Virus record (IMG/VR): IMGVR_UViG_3300014011_000001 | Location: 1-42,718 of that record | DNA from: a virus | DNA length: 42,718 nt | Strand: one strand, 5' to 3' | Shown here: positions 18,309 through 27,562 of the stretch, one piece after another | Numbering within the stretch: position 1 is the first letter of the stretch | Layout: every line of letters starts with the position of its first letter | Notes under the pieces: model-generated | Seen by the model: only the letters and a program-made list of their open reading frames with translations | What the model was told of the DNA's origin: nothing | The model's database searches: none | Program-made: the position numbers and the translations under genes

Positions 18309-18833
18309 ATGAGTATCATTCCAGAAAAACTGAATGACTTTCGGGTGTTCCTAAGTGGTAAACCTGATTTGAAGGGAGTTGCAGACTTGCAGCTCCCTTC
18401 TTTAGAGTTTCTGACAGAAACAGTAAATGGTGCTGGAATTTCTGGCGAATATGAGTCGCCAGCCTATGGCCATTTCCAAAGCATGAAATTTACGATCAAT
18501 TGGCGTGTAACAAGTGATGAATTACTAGATTTTTATAAACCTGAAGCTATTACTGTTGATTGTCGATTAGCCAACCAGGAATATGATGCCGTGAAAGGGC
18601 GTCATCATTTCAAGCCTAATAGAGTACTAGTTCATGGCTTAGTGACAAAAAATGATTTAGGGAAAGTCCAAAAAGGTTCTCCGTACGAGAGTTCAACAGA
18701 AATAGAAGTACTTTATTTAAAACTGGAACGTGAAGGAAAAGTTTTACTTGAAATCGACAAGATCAACTATATCTACATTGTTGATGATGTGGATTACACA
18801 GCTCGACTACGTGAAGCATTAGGTATGGTCTAA
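18309..18833 (+). CDS. Tail tube protein (P2 FII-like)
   Basis: 174 aa. IPEKLNDFRVFLSG...LQLPSLEFLTETVNGAG...MKFTINW... parallels the P2 FII layout. Confidence 0.85.
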   Translation: MSIIPEKLNDFRVFLSGKPDLKGVADLQLPSLEFLTETVNGAGISGEYESPAYGHFQSMKFTINWRVTSDELLDFYKPEAITVDCRLANQEYDAVKGRHHFKPNRVLVHGLVTKNDLGKVQKGSPYESSTEIEVLYLKLEREGKVLLEIDKINYIYIVDDVDYTARLREALGMV

Positions 18834-18849
18834 ATATAAGGGGGAACAG

Positions 18850-19251
18850 ATGATGAAAACTCAACAACAAAACGAACAAGTTTTAGGAGAAAACCAAGAG
18901 GTAGGAACAATTCAAGAGGTAGGAACAATTCAAGAGGAAATCAAACCAAAAGTAGATAATCCGAATATAATCCACCTGAAAATTAAAAAACCTATTGAGA
19001 TCAAAGGTGAAAAAGTAGATGAATTAGTTTTGGATTTCACAGATCTCACAGGGAAACACATTTTAGATATTGATACAGAGTTGCGTATGGAAGGGCGACC
19101 TGCAGGTTTTGACAGTATTTATAACCAAGAGGCCATGCTGAAGTTGGCTGCTCGTGGAATTGGTTGTGTTCCACCTGAATTAGAAAAATTGCATGGTGCA
19201 GATTTCTTTGAATTGCTGTTACAAGTACGAAATTTTTTCATCCAGTGGTAG
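18850..19251 (+). CDS. Tail assembly chaperone (P2 gpE-like), zero-frame product
   Basis: 133 aa ORF between the tube and tape-measure genes, ending next to a slippery run. Confidence 0.75.
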   Translation: MMKTQQQNEQVLGENQEVGTIQEVGTIQEEIKPKVDNPNIIHLKIKKPIEIKGEKVDELVLDFTDLTGKHILDIDTELRMEGRPAGFDSIYNQEAMLKLAARGIGCVPPELEKLHGADFFELLLQVRNFFIQW

Positions 19252-19403
19252 GCGACCAAGGGGGAGCTAAGGAATTTAGAAGATCCTTTTTAGTCTTGTC
19301 TGGGAACCACCATACAAGTATTGAATTTTGGCAGTCTTTAAGTTTGATTGAATTAAGGGCTTGGAGTGAAGCTGCTGCTGAGGAGGTAGACGACAATGGC
19401 TAG
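18850..19403 (+). CDS. Frameshifted chaperone fusion (gpE+E'-like), -1 shift near 19236
   Basis: The -1 frame extension reads ...GDQGGAKEFRRSFLVLSGNHHTSIEFWQSLSLIELRAWSEAAAEEVDDNG and resembles the P2 GpE' tail (...W.PS....MSL.EL..W...A). It ends at TAG 19401-19403, overlapping the tape-measure start. Confidence 0.6.
18895..18937 (+). repeat. 18-nt in-frame tandem repeat (2.4 copies) in the chaperone gene
   Basis: CAAGAGGTAGGAACAATT at 18895-18912 and 18913-18930, plus CAAGAGG. Encodes QEVGTI QEVGTI QE. Confidence 0.9.
19230..19239 (+). promoter_or_regulatory. -1 programmed ribosomal frameshift slippery sequence
   Basis: Zero-frame CGA AAT TTT TTC gives overlapping heptamers A-AAT-TTT (19230-19236) and T-TTT-TTC (19233-19239). 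The -1 frame is open from 19212 to 19403. Confidence 0.6.
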
Positions 19404-22212
19404 AAAAGCGTTGGAAATGACTATCGAAATTGGTGGCCGTGTAGCTGGAACGTTAGGAAATGCATTCCGAAGAGCAACAGGTGACATTGATGATTTGCGT
19501 AATCGATCACGACAAGCACAACGTGAACTTAATCGTTTAGGTAATGAATTTAGGCAAGGTCGTATTACGCAAGAGCAATATGCGCTAGCGACAGCTCGTA
19601 TTACTAGAGAAATGCGACAACTAGAAGGTGCTCAACGTCGTATAAAAGCTATTAGCGGTACTCTCCAAAGTGGTTTCAATACAGGCAAGGCTGTAGCTGG
19701 AATTGCTGCCATTGGAACAGCTACTGCAGTTGCAGCCACAGCAATGTCATCGCTAAATACAGCATCTGATTTCCAAGCGCAGATGGCCAAAGTTGGGGCT
19801 AAAACAGAAGCAACTAAAGAAGAAATGAAAGCCTTAAATCAAGAGGCTTTACGTTTAGGTGCGAGTTCGAGTTTATCTGCATCACAAGTAGCACTTGCAA
19901 TGGACGAGCTTGGGGCAAAAGGTTTTGACGCAACAAAAATTATTTCTGCAATGCCTGGTTTAATTGCAGCTACAGAAGCGTCAGGTGAAGATTTAGCATT
20001 AGTTTCGAACGTTGTAACATCAGCTATCAATGCCTATGGTATGGAAGCAACAGAAGCTACTCGTGTTGCTGACGTTATGGCCATGAGTGCTAATAAGACA
20101 GCTGCAGGTGTTGGGGATTTAGGATATGCATTTAAGTATGCAGCTCCAGTTGCTAATACATTGGGTATTAAGCTTGAAGAATTAGCAGCTGCAACAGGTT
20201 TGTTGGTTGATAAAGGACTCGCAGGTGAACAAGCAGGGACAGCATTGCGTATGTCTTTAATTCGACTTTCAAAGCCTCCAGCCGAGGCTGAAGCAGCATT
20301 AAAAGAATTAAACATTACAGCTACCGATTCAAAGGGTAAATTTAAAAACCTAGCTACGCTTGCAAAAGATTGGGAAAAGGCCACAGCCAAGCTTACTGAA
20401 ACGCAAAAAGTACAGTATGCAGCTACGATTTTCGGTGTTGAAGCATCTACTGCCATGTTAAGTCTATTTGGTTCAGGTCCAGAAAAAATAGATGAAATGA
20501 CGAAGGCTTTAGAGAATAGTGGTGGTGCAGCCGCAAAAACAGCCGCAATTATGAAAGATAATTACGCAGGTGCGAAAGAGCAAATGTTTGGAGCTCTCGA
20601 ATCTGCTCAAATCGCTTTAGCTACACCTTCATTAGATGTTCTAAAAGATACTATGCAAGGCTTAACTGGAATGATTGAGGACGGCATGCCAGCAATTGAG
20701 GCTGCAGGTCAAAAAATAGCAAATGGTTTACGTGATATTTTGGAGCCATTTGCTACAGTAAAGCCAGAGTTAACACCTGAAGTTCGCCATGATCCAGAAG
20801 CTTTCAAAGCGTATGAAAAAGAACTAGCGAAATTCAACCATTTTAATGGGATGGATTTTGGCGATAAAGTCATCTATATGTTGGATACTGCAACTGGAAA
20901 AATGGAGACATGGTTAGGTGGTAGTGGTGGCGAGGCAATGACACGTATTTTCTCCAAATTAGGAGAAATTGCATTTCAAGCTTGGCTAGGTGCATTTACA
21001 GGTTCGCTGAAAGCTGCAGGCAGTAACTTGATGGATGGAAATGTAGGTGGAGCAGTTGGCATGGGTGCAGCTGCTTGGATGTTAGGTGGAGGCGCTATGG
21101 TAAAAGGCGCTGTTGGTGCAGGTCGTTGGGCAGTAGGGAAAATTGGTGGACGATCCACTGCATCTGCAATGCCAGCACCTACAGTTGGCGGTTCTGCTGG
21201 AACTACACCAATGATTGGTCCATCAAGTACAGGCACAATCACAGCACATGGGCCAACAGCAACGGCATCAAGTGGTCCTACACCAATGATCGGTCCGTCA
21301 CAAACAGGTACAATCACACCGCGAGTTCCAACAGCGACAGCGACTACAGCACCGATGATTGGACCATCACAAACTGGAACGATTACACCACGTGTACCAA
21401 CAGCAACGGCATCTGCTGCTCCAGCAGCCAGAACGCTAGGAAGTATGGGTAAAGCAGCATTTTCAACGCTAGGTAAAGTAGCAAGTAAAGCTATGTTGCC
21501 TCTAACTGTAGCATCCGAAGCTATATCTATTTACAAATCAAATGACAAAGTAAAAGCAACTAGTGAATCAGCTGGCGGTCTTGCAGGTGGTCTTGGGGGC
21601 GCTAAACTTGGTGCTGCTATTGGTACAGCCATCGCACCAGGAGTCGGGACAGCGATTGGCGGCCTATTAGGTGGGGCTGTTGGTTACTTTGGTGGTAAAT
21701 GGTTAGGTGGTAAAGCAGTAGATACTGTACGTGGAGATAGTAATGCAAAAGCTTCGAGTGCGCCAGCACCTACGCCAAAAACATCAGATAAAGCAACTTC
21801 GCAGACGTTAGATACAGCTAAATTAAACACTTCCATGGCACAGCTTTCAACAACATTAGATACTGCTAATACATCATTTGCAACCATAAGTACATCATTC
21901 ACCAAGTTGCAAACAAGTGCTACTACCACTGCTGTAAACATGGATAATTTAACGATGTATTCTGGTCAAGTAAGTACAAACTTTGTCACATCGTTTTTCT
22001 CATTAAAAACATCAACAGATCTTTCAGCCTCAAACATGGCTACATTAGCATCAACGATTGGGCAAGCTAGTGGTTGGATTAGCTCTCTTTCTGGCATTCA
22101 AACGGCTGCTAATGCTGTTATATCATCATTAAATAGTTTCAAAGCTCGTATTGACAATGCACAAGTCCCAACAAGTGGTGGTGCAACATCAAGGAGGACG
22201 GCGTATGAATAG
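19396..22212 (+). CDS. Tail tape measure protein
   Basis: 938 aa, Ala/Gly-rich. The core MAKVGAKTEATKEEMKALNQEALRLGASSSLSASQVALAMDELGAKGFDA is typical of TP901-type TMP cores. There are predicted membrane-like Gly-rich segments. Confidence 0.9.
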   Translation: MARKALEMTIEIGGRVAGTLGNAFRRATGDIDDLRNRSRQAQRELNRLGNEFRQGRITQEQYALATARITREMRQLEGAQRRIKAISGTLQSGFNTGKAVAGIAAIGTATAVAATAMSSLNTASDFQAQMAKVGAKTEATKEEMKALNQEALRLGASSSLSASQVALAMDELGAKGFDATKIISAMPGLIAATEASGEDLALVSNVVTSAINAYGMEATEATRVADVMAMSANKTAAGVGDLGYAFKYAAPVANTLGIKLEELAAATGLLVDKGLAGEQAGTALRMSLIRLSKPPAEAEAALKELNITATDSKGKFKNLATLAKDWEKATAKLTETQKVQYAATIFGVEASTAMLSLFGSGPEKIDEMTKALENSGGAAAKTAAIMKDNYAGAKEQMFGALESAQIALATPSLDVLKDTMQGLTGMIEDGMPAIEAAGQKIANGLRDILEPFATVKPELTPEVRHDPEAFKAYEKELAKFNHFNGMDFGDKVIYMLDTATGKMETWLGGSGGEAMTRIFSKLGEIAFQAWLGAFTGSLKAAGSNLMDGNVGGAVGMGAAAWMLGGGAMVKGAVGAGRWAVGKIGGRSTASAMPAPTVGGSAGTTPMIGPSSTGTITAHGPTATASSGPTPMIGPSQTGTITPRVPTATATTAPMIGPSQTGTITPRVPTATASAAPAARTLGSMGKAAFSTLGKVASKAMLPLTVASEAISIYKSNDKVKATSESAGGLAGGLGGAKLGAAIGTAIAPGVGTAIGGLLGGAVGYFGGKWLGGKAVDTVRGDSNAKASSAPAPTPKTSDKATSQTLDTAKLNTSMAQLSTTLDTANTSFATISTSFTKLQTSATTTAVNMDNLTMYSGQVSTNFVTSFFSLKTSTDLSASNMATLASTIGQASGWISSLSGIQTAANAVISSLNSFKARIDNAQVPTSGGATSRRTAYE
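21208..21420 (+). repeat. Three imperfect tandem repeats (75 and 69 nt) inside the tape measure gene
   Basis: Units start at 21208, 21283 and 21352. They encode PMIGPS(S/Q)TGTIT...PTATA... three times. Confidence 0.85.
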
Positions 22213-22420
22213 TTATACAACCAGTCAAGGTGATACATGGGATTTAATTGCATATAAACTTTGGGGGAGCGAGTATTTGCTCCCTCTTTTATTAGAAGCG
22301 AATCCGGAACATCGGCATACATTGTTTTTTTCAGGAGATGTAGTGTTAAATGTGCCTGATATTGATACAGCTATTTATACACCTCGCCCTGCATGGCTAG
22401 CAGAGGATGATGATCTATGA
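22205..22420 (+). CDS. Tail protein X (P2 gpX-like, LysM-type fold)
   Basis: ATG 22205 after GGAGGA. YTTSQGDTWDLIAYKLWGSEYLLPLLLEANP...VLNVPDID matches the gpX/LysM pattern. Confidence 0.75.
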   Translation: MNSYTTSQGDTWDLIAYKLWGSEYLLPLLLEANPEHRHTLFFSGDVVLNVPDIDTAIYTPRPAWLAEDDDL

Positions 22421-23439
22421 GTAATGCTTTGTTTGCCAAACGAACAGTTTTGGATCTCGATTACAACCATACAAACATAACAGCACAGCTGGAGCAGCAT
22501 TTATTGGATTGGACGTTTACAGACAATTTATCTGGTGAGATTGATGATCTCAATATCAGATTAGAAGATACTGATGCACTTTGGTTAGGAACATGGTTTC
22601 CTTCTAAGGGATCCTTGCTTGAACCTACAATAATTAGGACGTATTGGGCAGATAATCCGATAAAAACGAAGTTAGGAAAATTTGAAATCGATGATATATC
22701 AGGTGCTGATTCGGTTATAACTATTAGCGCTCTAGCTACGTCAGAATCAAATAGCCTACGTGGAGAAGAAAAATGCAAAGCGTGGGAAAAAGCAACGTTA
22801 AAAAAGGTCATTGGAGATGTAGCCAGAGCAAACAAATTAAAACTTGTTTGGCAAACATCAGATAATCCAAAAAAGGACCGTTATGAACAGGAGAACGAAA
22901 CCGATCTAAAGTTTATTTTCCGACTTTGTAAAGATGAAGGTCTTTGTTTGAAACTCTCAAGTAATACACTTGTTGTGTTAGATGAAAGCGATTATGAAAA
23001 ACAACCAGTTGCAGAAACGATTCGTAGAAAGAGCAAGGAAACGGATGTCATAAAGGTAATAAAGCGTTCTTTTAGGAACACACTCACAGATACCTATAGA
23101 GCATGTCGTGTTACAAGTCATAATGCAAAGAAAAAGAAAACTATTTCAGCTACTTTTTCAGCACCAAAAGCGCCAAAAGTAGGCAGAACATTGGTCATAA
23201 AAGAAGATGTCAAAAGTGTAGCTGAAGCACAAAGATTAGCAAAAAAGAAATTACGTGAAAAAAACAAAAATGCTACAACCATGACATTAGATGTCATTTC
23301 CAACATGCATATCGATGCTGGAATGACTTTTAATCTTGTGGATTTTGGCAAGCTAAATGGCAAATACATTGTTACAAAAGTGGTCTATACTCAATCTTCT
23401 GTAACACTTGATTTAAGACGTTGCTTGGAGGGATATTAA
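22417..23439 (+). CDS. Tail protein, P2 gpD (late control D) family
   Basis: 340 aa. NITAQLEQHLLDWTFTDNLSGEIDDLNIRLEDTD, GKFEIDDISG, DLKFIFRLCKDEGL and the C-terminal GKYIVTKVVYTQSSVTLDL parallel P2 gpD blocks. Confidence 0.8.
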   Translation: MSNALFAKRTVLDLDYNHTNITAQLEQHLLDWTFTDNLSGEIDDLNIRLEDTDALWLGTWFPSKGSLLEPTIIRTYWADNPIKTKLGKFEIDDISGADSVITISALATSESNSLRGEEKCKAWEKATLKKVIGDVARANKLKLVWQTSDNPKKDRYEQENETDLKFIFRLCKDEGLCLKLSSNTLVVLDESDYEKQPVAETIRRKSKETDVIKVIKRSFRNTLTDTYRACRVTSHNAKKKKTISATFSAPKAPKVGRTLVIKEDVKSVAEAQRLAKKKLREKNKNATTMTLDVISNMHIDAGMTFNLVDFGKLNGKYIVTKVVYTQSSVTLDLRRCLEGY

Positions 23440-23849
23440 TGAAAATGGAAGAATGTACTGTAACTGCAGTTTTCCCAGAGCGTGGCACTGTACGAGTGAA
23501 ACGAGAACAATCGGATGGAATAATTTCTGCAGAGTTACCAATCGTGTTTCAATGGACATTAAAAAATCAAGAGTATACTATGCCAGCAATAGATGAGCCT
23601 GTCATTTGTATTTTTAATGGGTCGGTAGGATATGTATTAGGTGCCATCTATAGTGATGTTTCAACGCCACCAGTTAAAGATGTAAACAAGCATTATATAC
23701 GTTTTGAAGATGGTAGTTTTATTGAATATGATGCAAAGGCACATCAATTGTTTGTAAAGATTGAAGGTGAGTTGAACATAGAAACAAAGGGGGTAGTGAC
23801 AGTGAATGGGCAGACACTAACTCTTAATGGGAGTTCATCCACGGATTAA
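23439..23849 (+). CDS. Baseplate spike/assembly protein V (P2 gpV-like)
   Basis: ATG 23439 after GGAGGG. GTVRVK...AELPIV...MPAIDEPVICIF...GYVLGAIYS is the OB-fold gpV pattern. Confidence 0.75.
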   Translation: MKMEECTVTAVFPERGTVRVKREQSDGIISAELPIVFQWTLKNQEYTMPAIDEPVICIFNGSVGYVLGAIYSDVSTPPVKDVNKHYIRFEDGSFIEYDAKAHQLFVKIEGELNIETKGVVTVNGQTLTLNGSSSTD

Positions 23850-23864
23850 AGGAAGGTAATCTGA

Positions 23865-24530
23865 ATGGCGAAAATAGGTAGCTTTGCAGATGTTGTATTT
23901 GAAGTATCAACCAAAAGTGTATTAACATTTGATGATTTTGAAAGAACCAATAGTCCACGATGGCAAGAACATGCTGTACTTGGTCAAAAACCAATATTAG
24001 AATATGAAGGTCCTTCTGCTGATACAATTTCTTTCACCATATTGCTTAGAGCTGAACTAGGTGTGAATCCTGGGAAACAGTTATCAAGGTTACGCAATTT
24101 TAGCCTTAGTGGTAGAAAGGGCTTGTTCATTCGTGGTAATATTCCTATTTCTACAAACTACTTTGTCATTACAAATATTCGTGAAAGACATCGAAATATT
24201 GACCAACGAGGAAATGTATTGTTGATTGAGGTGGATTTAGATTTAAAGGAGTACCCAAAAAAGCCTGCCAGTGTATCCACTAAAAAAACGGTTACTTCTA
24301 ATCAAAAAAACGATAAGGGGGCAACATCTAAAAAAGCAACTGGAACCATGACAATAAATGTGAAGTCGGTTCATATAAGAGGTGGCCCAGGTGTTAATAA
24401 CAAGGTTATAGGCTATGCAATGAAAGGCGATAAACTAACGGTCTATGGCGAAAAAGATGGATGGTATTCATTGGGTGGTGGCAAATATATTAGCGCTAAC
24501 GATGCCTATTCGTCTTTTAAGAAAGGATGA
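23865..24530 (+). CDS. P2 gpU-like tail protein fused to a C-terminal SH3b-like domain
   Basis: The N-terminal about 130 aa (FADVVFEV...RWQEHAVLGQKPILEYEGPSADTISFTILL...FVITNIRERH...IEVDLDLKEY) follows the gpU pattern. A Lys/Thr-rich linker follows. The C-terminus MTINVKSVHIRGGPGVNNKVIGYAMKGDKLTVYGEKDGWYSLGGGKYISANDAY looks like bacterial SH3. Confidence 0.7.
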   Translation: MAKIGSFADVVFEVSTKSVLTFDDFERTNSPRWQEHAVLGQKPILEYEGPSADTISFTILLRAELGVNPGKQLSRLRNFSLSGRKGLFIRGNIPISTNYFVITNIRERHRNIDQRGNVLLIEVDLDLKEYPKKPASVSTKKTVTSNQKNDKGATSKKATGTMTINVKSVHIRGGPGVNNKVIGYAMKGDKLTVYGEKDGWYSLGGGKYISANDAYSSFKKG

Positions 24531-24536
24531 TATGCG

Positions 24537-24845
24537 TTGTATGAAGTAGAACCAATGAAAAATATAAAATTCGGTGCGACAGGTGTAGAAGAAATTCTAC
24601 AGAATGTCGCTTTTATTTTAGCCACACCTATTATGAGTTGCCCTTTAGATCGGGAATTTGGTTGGGATACAGGGATTGATGAACCAATTCAAATTCGCAA
24701 AGCGAAAATTGTACACGATGTTACAGAGGCTATTGGTAATTTTGAACCTAGAGCAATTGTTGAATCGGTTGTGGTGGATGGTGATGGCCTTGCTGGAAAA
24801 CTGACACCAAGAGTGAAGGTGAGAATAAATGACGAATCGATTTAA
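24537..24845 (+). CDS. Baseplate wedge protein W (GPW/gp25 family)
   Basis: 102 aa, TTG start. EEILQNVAFILATPIMSCPLDREFGWDTGIDEP...VTEAIGNFEPRA is the gp25/GPW signature. Confidence 0.8.
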   Translation: MYEVEPMKNIKFGATGVEEILQNVAFILATPIMSCPLDREFGWDTGIDEPIQIRKAKIVHDVTEAIGNFEPRAIVESVVVDGDGLAGKLTPRVKVRINDESI

Positions 24846-25944
24846 TTTACCAGACTTAAATTTTTTTGAAAAGGATCCTGAACTAATTGAACGAGAGATG
24901 CTGTTACATGTGGAAGAACAAACAGGTTTTTCTTTACAACGAGCAGATCCAAGAAGAAAATTCTTGCAAGCTTTAGTTCCTTTTGTATCAATGGAACGAA
25001 ATCGTTTAGATCATAAATTGAAGCAAAATCGTCTGGCATATGCAGAGGATGATACGTTGTTGCATATGGGCTTTGAAATGTCTACTGAAAGGCTAAGCGC
25101 AAAAGCAGCTGTAACAACAATGGCCATTATGTTAGAAGAAGATAGACCAGGAACTGTTATTATTCCTGCAGGCTCGTTGGTAGGTGAAGAACCATTTTTT
25201 GCATTAGATGAAGATGTAGTAATCCCCTTGGGTGAAACAGTAGCAATAGTTGGAGCAACATGTATTGAGTTGGGCGAGGTCGGAAATGACTTTTTACCAG
25301 GTGAAATTGCTACATTTGTTGAACCAATTGCATATGTGAAATCTGTTCAAAACACCACTATTTCAAGTGATGGAGTAGAAGAAGAATCGGACGATGCATA
25401 TGCAGAACGTATTCATTTAGCACCTGAACAGTTTTCTACTGCAGGTTCAGAGCTTGCCTATATTTATTGGGCAAAATCTGCTAGTCAGGAAATTGTAGAT
25501 GCATCAGCAGACACACCTCTTGAGGGTGAAATCGATATTAGAATTCTAATGAGAGATGGCCGACTACCAACAGAAGAAGAAATAAAGTTGGTCGAAGAGA
25601 CAGTTTCATATAAAAAAGTGCGTCCTCTTACTGATAAGGTATCGGTAGGAGCTCCGACTGTAGTTAGTTACGAGGCTGTTGTAGAATATTGGATTTCTCG
25701 TAAGAACGCCACAATAGCAACAATAATCGAAGGACAGGTAAATTCAGCATTTCATGAATACCAGGTATGGCAGCGTGAGAAAATGGGACGTGATGTAGAC
25801 TTATCAGAATTGATAGCACGTTTAAAACGAGCAGGAGCTTCACGTGTGGCAGTTAATTCTGAAATGTTTATAGAGATTGGGAAAACAGAAATTGCACATC
25901 CAACACTCACGTCATTAACTTTACGAGGTTTAGCTGATGATTGA
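24829..25944 (+). CDS. Baseplate protein J (P2 gpJ-like)
   Basis: 371 aa, following gpW. Contains ...SDDAYAERIHLAPEQFSTAGSELAYIYWAKSAS..., typical of Baseplate_J. Confidence 0.8.
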   Translation: MTNRFNLPDLNFFEKDPELIEREMLLHVEEQTGFSLQRADPRRKFLQALVPFVSMERNRLDHKLKQNRLAYAEDDTLLHMGFEMSTERLSAKAAVTTMAIMLEEDRPGTVIIPAGSLVGEEPFFALDEDVVIPLGETVAIVGATCIELGEVGNDFLPGEIATFVEPIAYVKSVQNTTISSDGVEEESDDAYAERIHLAPEQFSTAGSELAYIYWAKSASQEIVDASADTPLEGEIDIRILMRDGRLPTEEEIKLVEETVSYKKVRPLTDKVSVGAPTVVSYEAVVEYWISRKNATIATIIEGQVNSAFHEYQVWQREKMGRDVDLSELIARLKRAGASRVAVNSEMFIEIGKTEIAHPTLTSLTLRGLADD

Positions 25945-26623
25945 TATGAATATTTATAAAAAGTTGCTGCCATATAGCTTGTCACAGGATCCTGTGTTAG
26001 TAGCCATGTTTGAAGCACTCGTAATTCAACTTAAAGAGGCTTATGATGAGGCTGATTTGCTTTATGATTTGGTCAACATCGATAAATTACCAGAGCCGTT
26101 ACTTGATGTAATCGCATATGAAAAGCATGTTGATTTTTATGATAACCAATTAACTATTGAGCAGAAACGTGAGCTCATCAAATCATCAATAAGTTGGCAT
26201 CGGAAAAAGGGAACACGCTGGGCAGTAGAGCGTGTTGTGTCTATTGTTTATCCAAATGCTAATGTATATGAATGGTTCGAATATGATGGCCATAAATATC
26301 GTTTCAAAATTGAAGTGGACGAACCTTTTATCGCAAACAAAGACATGAAACGATTACGTGAATTAGTGGAAGCTACGAAAAATAAACGTTCTTGGCTCGA
26401 ATACATCGCTATAAAAATGCCACAAACGCAATATATCGAACTTGAATCTGATCATTTTCACTACCCTATATACTTGCCGATATGTGGGACGTTTCATTGC
26501 GAAGGTGTACCTGGTGCAGCTACTGATAAAGCACTTGAAATGAAGTCAGAGAATTACACATATCCAGTCTATCTGCCGATATGTGGGGAAATTCATACAA
26601 ATGAGGTGATAGATTTATGGTAA
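25937..26623 (+). CDS. Tail protein I (P2 gpI-like)
   Basis: LLPYSLSQDPVLVAMFEAL...LLDVIAYEKHVDFYD...IKSSISWHRKKGTRWAVERV matches the gpI pattern. Two CG..H repeats occur at the C-terminus. Confidence 0.75.
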   Translation: MIDMNIYKKLLPYSLSQDPVLVAMFEALVIQLKEAYDEADLLYDLVNIDKLPEPLLDVIAYEKHVDFYDNQLTIEQKRELIKSSISWHRKKGTRWAVERVVSIVYPNANVYEWFEYDGHKYRFKIEVDEPFIANKDMKRLRELVEATKNKRSWLEYIAIKMPQTQYIELESDHFHYPIYLPICGTFHCEGVPGAATDKALEMKSENYTYPVYLPICGEIHTNEVIDLW

Positions 26624-26919
26624 CGAAGATTGTCATTGATCGTACATTACAATTTTTAAAAGAAATGGCCAAACAAGCTGTAGTTACAATAGATGGACAA
26701 GATAGCATTGTGTCTTTCCATTCACAAGAAATTATAAAGGATACAGTAAAAACTTATGTTTATATAGAAAATGGTCATGGCCAAGTAACTGCAGCAAAGC
26801 TAGTTGATGCACAAGGTATTGAATTAGATCGATATACTACCTCAATTGAACCAAGTGAGGATGGTTTAATGATAGTCTTTACACTGTCAATCACATTGAA
26901 AGGAGAGCTACAAGCATGA
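26617..26919 (+). CDS. Hypothetical tail-fibre-module protein (100 aa)
   Basis: ORF overlapping both neighbours in the tail operon. Confidence 0.55.
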   Translation: MVTKIVIDRTLQFLKEMAKQAVVTIDGQDSIVSFHSQEIIKDTVKTYVYIENGHGQVTAAKLVDAQGIELDRYTTSIEPSEDGLMIVFTLSITLKGELQA

Positions 26920-27560
26920 GTTTGATAGTCTCAAATAAATATGAATTAATATATTGGCGTGACCGTATCTGGAAAATAGGTCCTGATGGCAAATTAATAC
27001 CGCAACGGGATGAAAATAATCAGATCATCAACAATCCACTTACTGGTCAACCCGAATATGAATATATTGAAGATGGAACACGTGTAAATGCTAAACGACT
27101 AAACCATATGGATGAAGGGATCTATTCAGCCCATGATTACATTGTTGAGTTAAAAGCAACAATCAGACGAATGCAAATCCAAATGGAGCTGGATGGTCGA
27201 GTGCCAGGCAATTCTGGAACATTTGCTGATACGCTCGATGGCAGCTCTAACAAAATTAAATTAGACAAAGCCTTAACGGACATTATCGAGGCTGTCGCAA
27301 TAGGTACAACTACTTTAAAGGTGGCTAGTGTTGATGGTTTTATACCATTTACGCAAGTCACTATTTTTGATGATGAACACATTGAGAACGTTGTGATCAC
27401 TGAGGTAGGAACAAACACTATAAAGGTGCAAGCATTAAAAAATGCGTACAAAAAAGGTGCAAAAGTGGCTCGTAGTAATGTGGCAATCGATACCACAAAT
27501 GCTGAAATGGGCATAGGAGATTGGCAAACATATAGCGTTGAGTTAATGGAGGTGGTATAA
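26916..27560 (+). CDS. Hypothetical tail-fibre-module protein (214 aa)
   Basis: ORF between the gpI-like gene and the large fibre gene. No motif recognised. Confidence 0.55.
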   Translation: MSLIVSNKYELIYWRDRIWKIGPDGKLIPQRDENNQIINNPLTGQPEYEYIEDGTRVNAKRLNHMDEGIYSAHDYIVELKATIRRMQIQMELDGRVPGNSGTFADTLDGSSNKIKLDKALTDIIEAVAIGTTTLKVASVDGFIPFTQVTIFDDEHIENVVITEVGTNTIKVQALKNAYKKGAKVARSNVAIDTTNAEMGIGDWQTYSVELMEVV

Positions 27561-27562
27561 GG

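Noticed and set aside
20034-20456. Minus-strand ORFs inside the tape measure gene (20034-20456, 20976-21317, 21684-21941, 19839-20030) and the plus-strand alternative-frame ORF 21075-21452
   Set aside because: They are shadows of an Ala/Gly/Thr-rich, repeat-containing plus-strand gene. They have no RBS and would run against a tightly packed co-directional operon.
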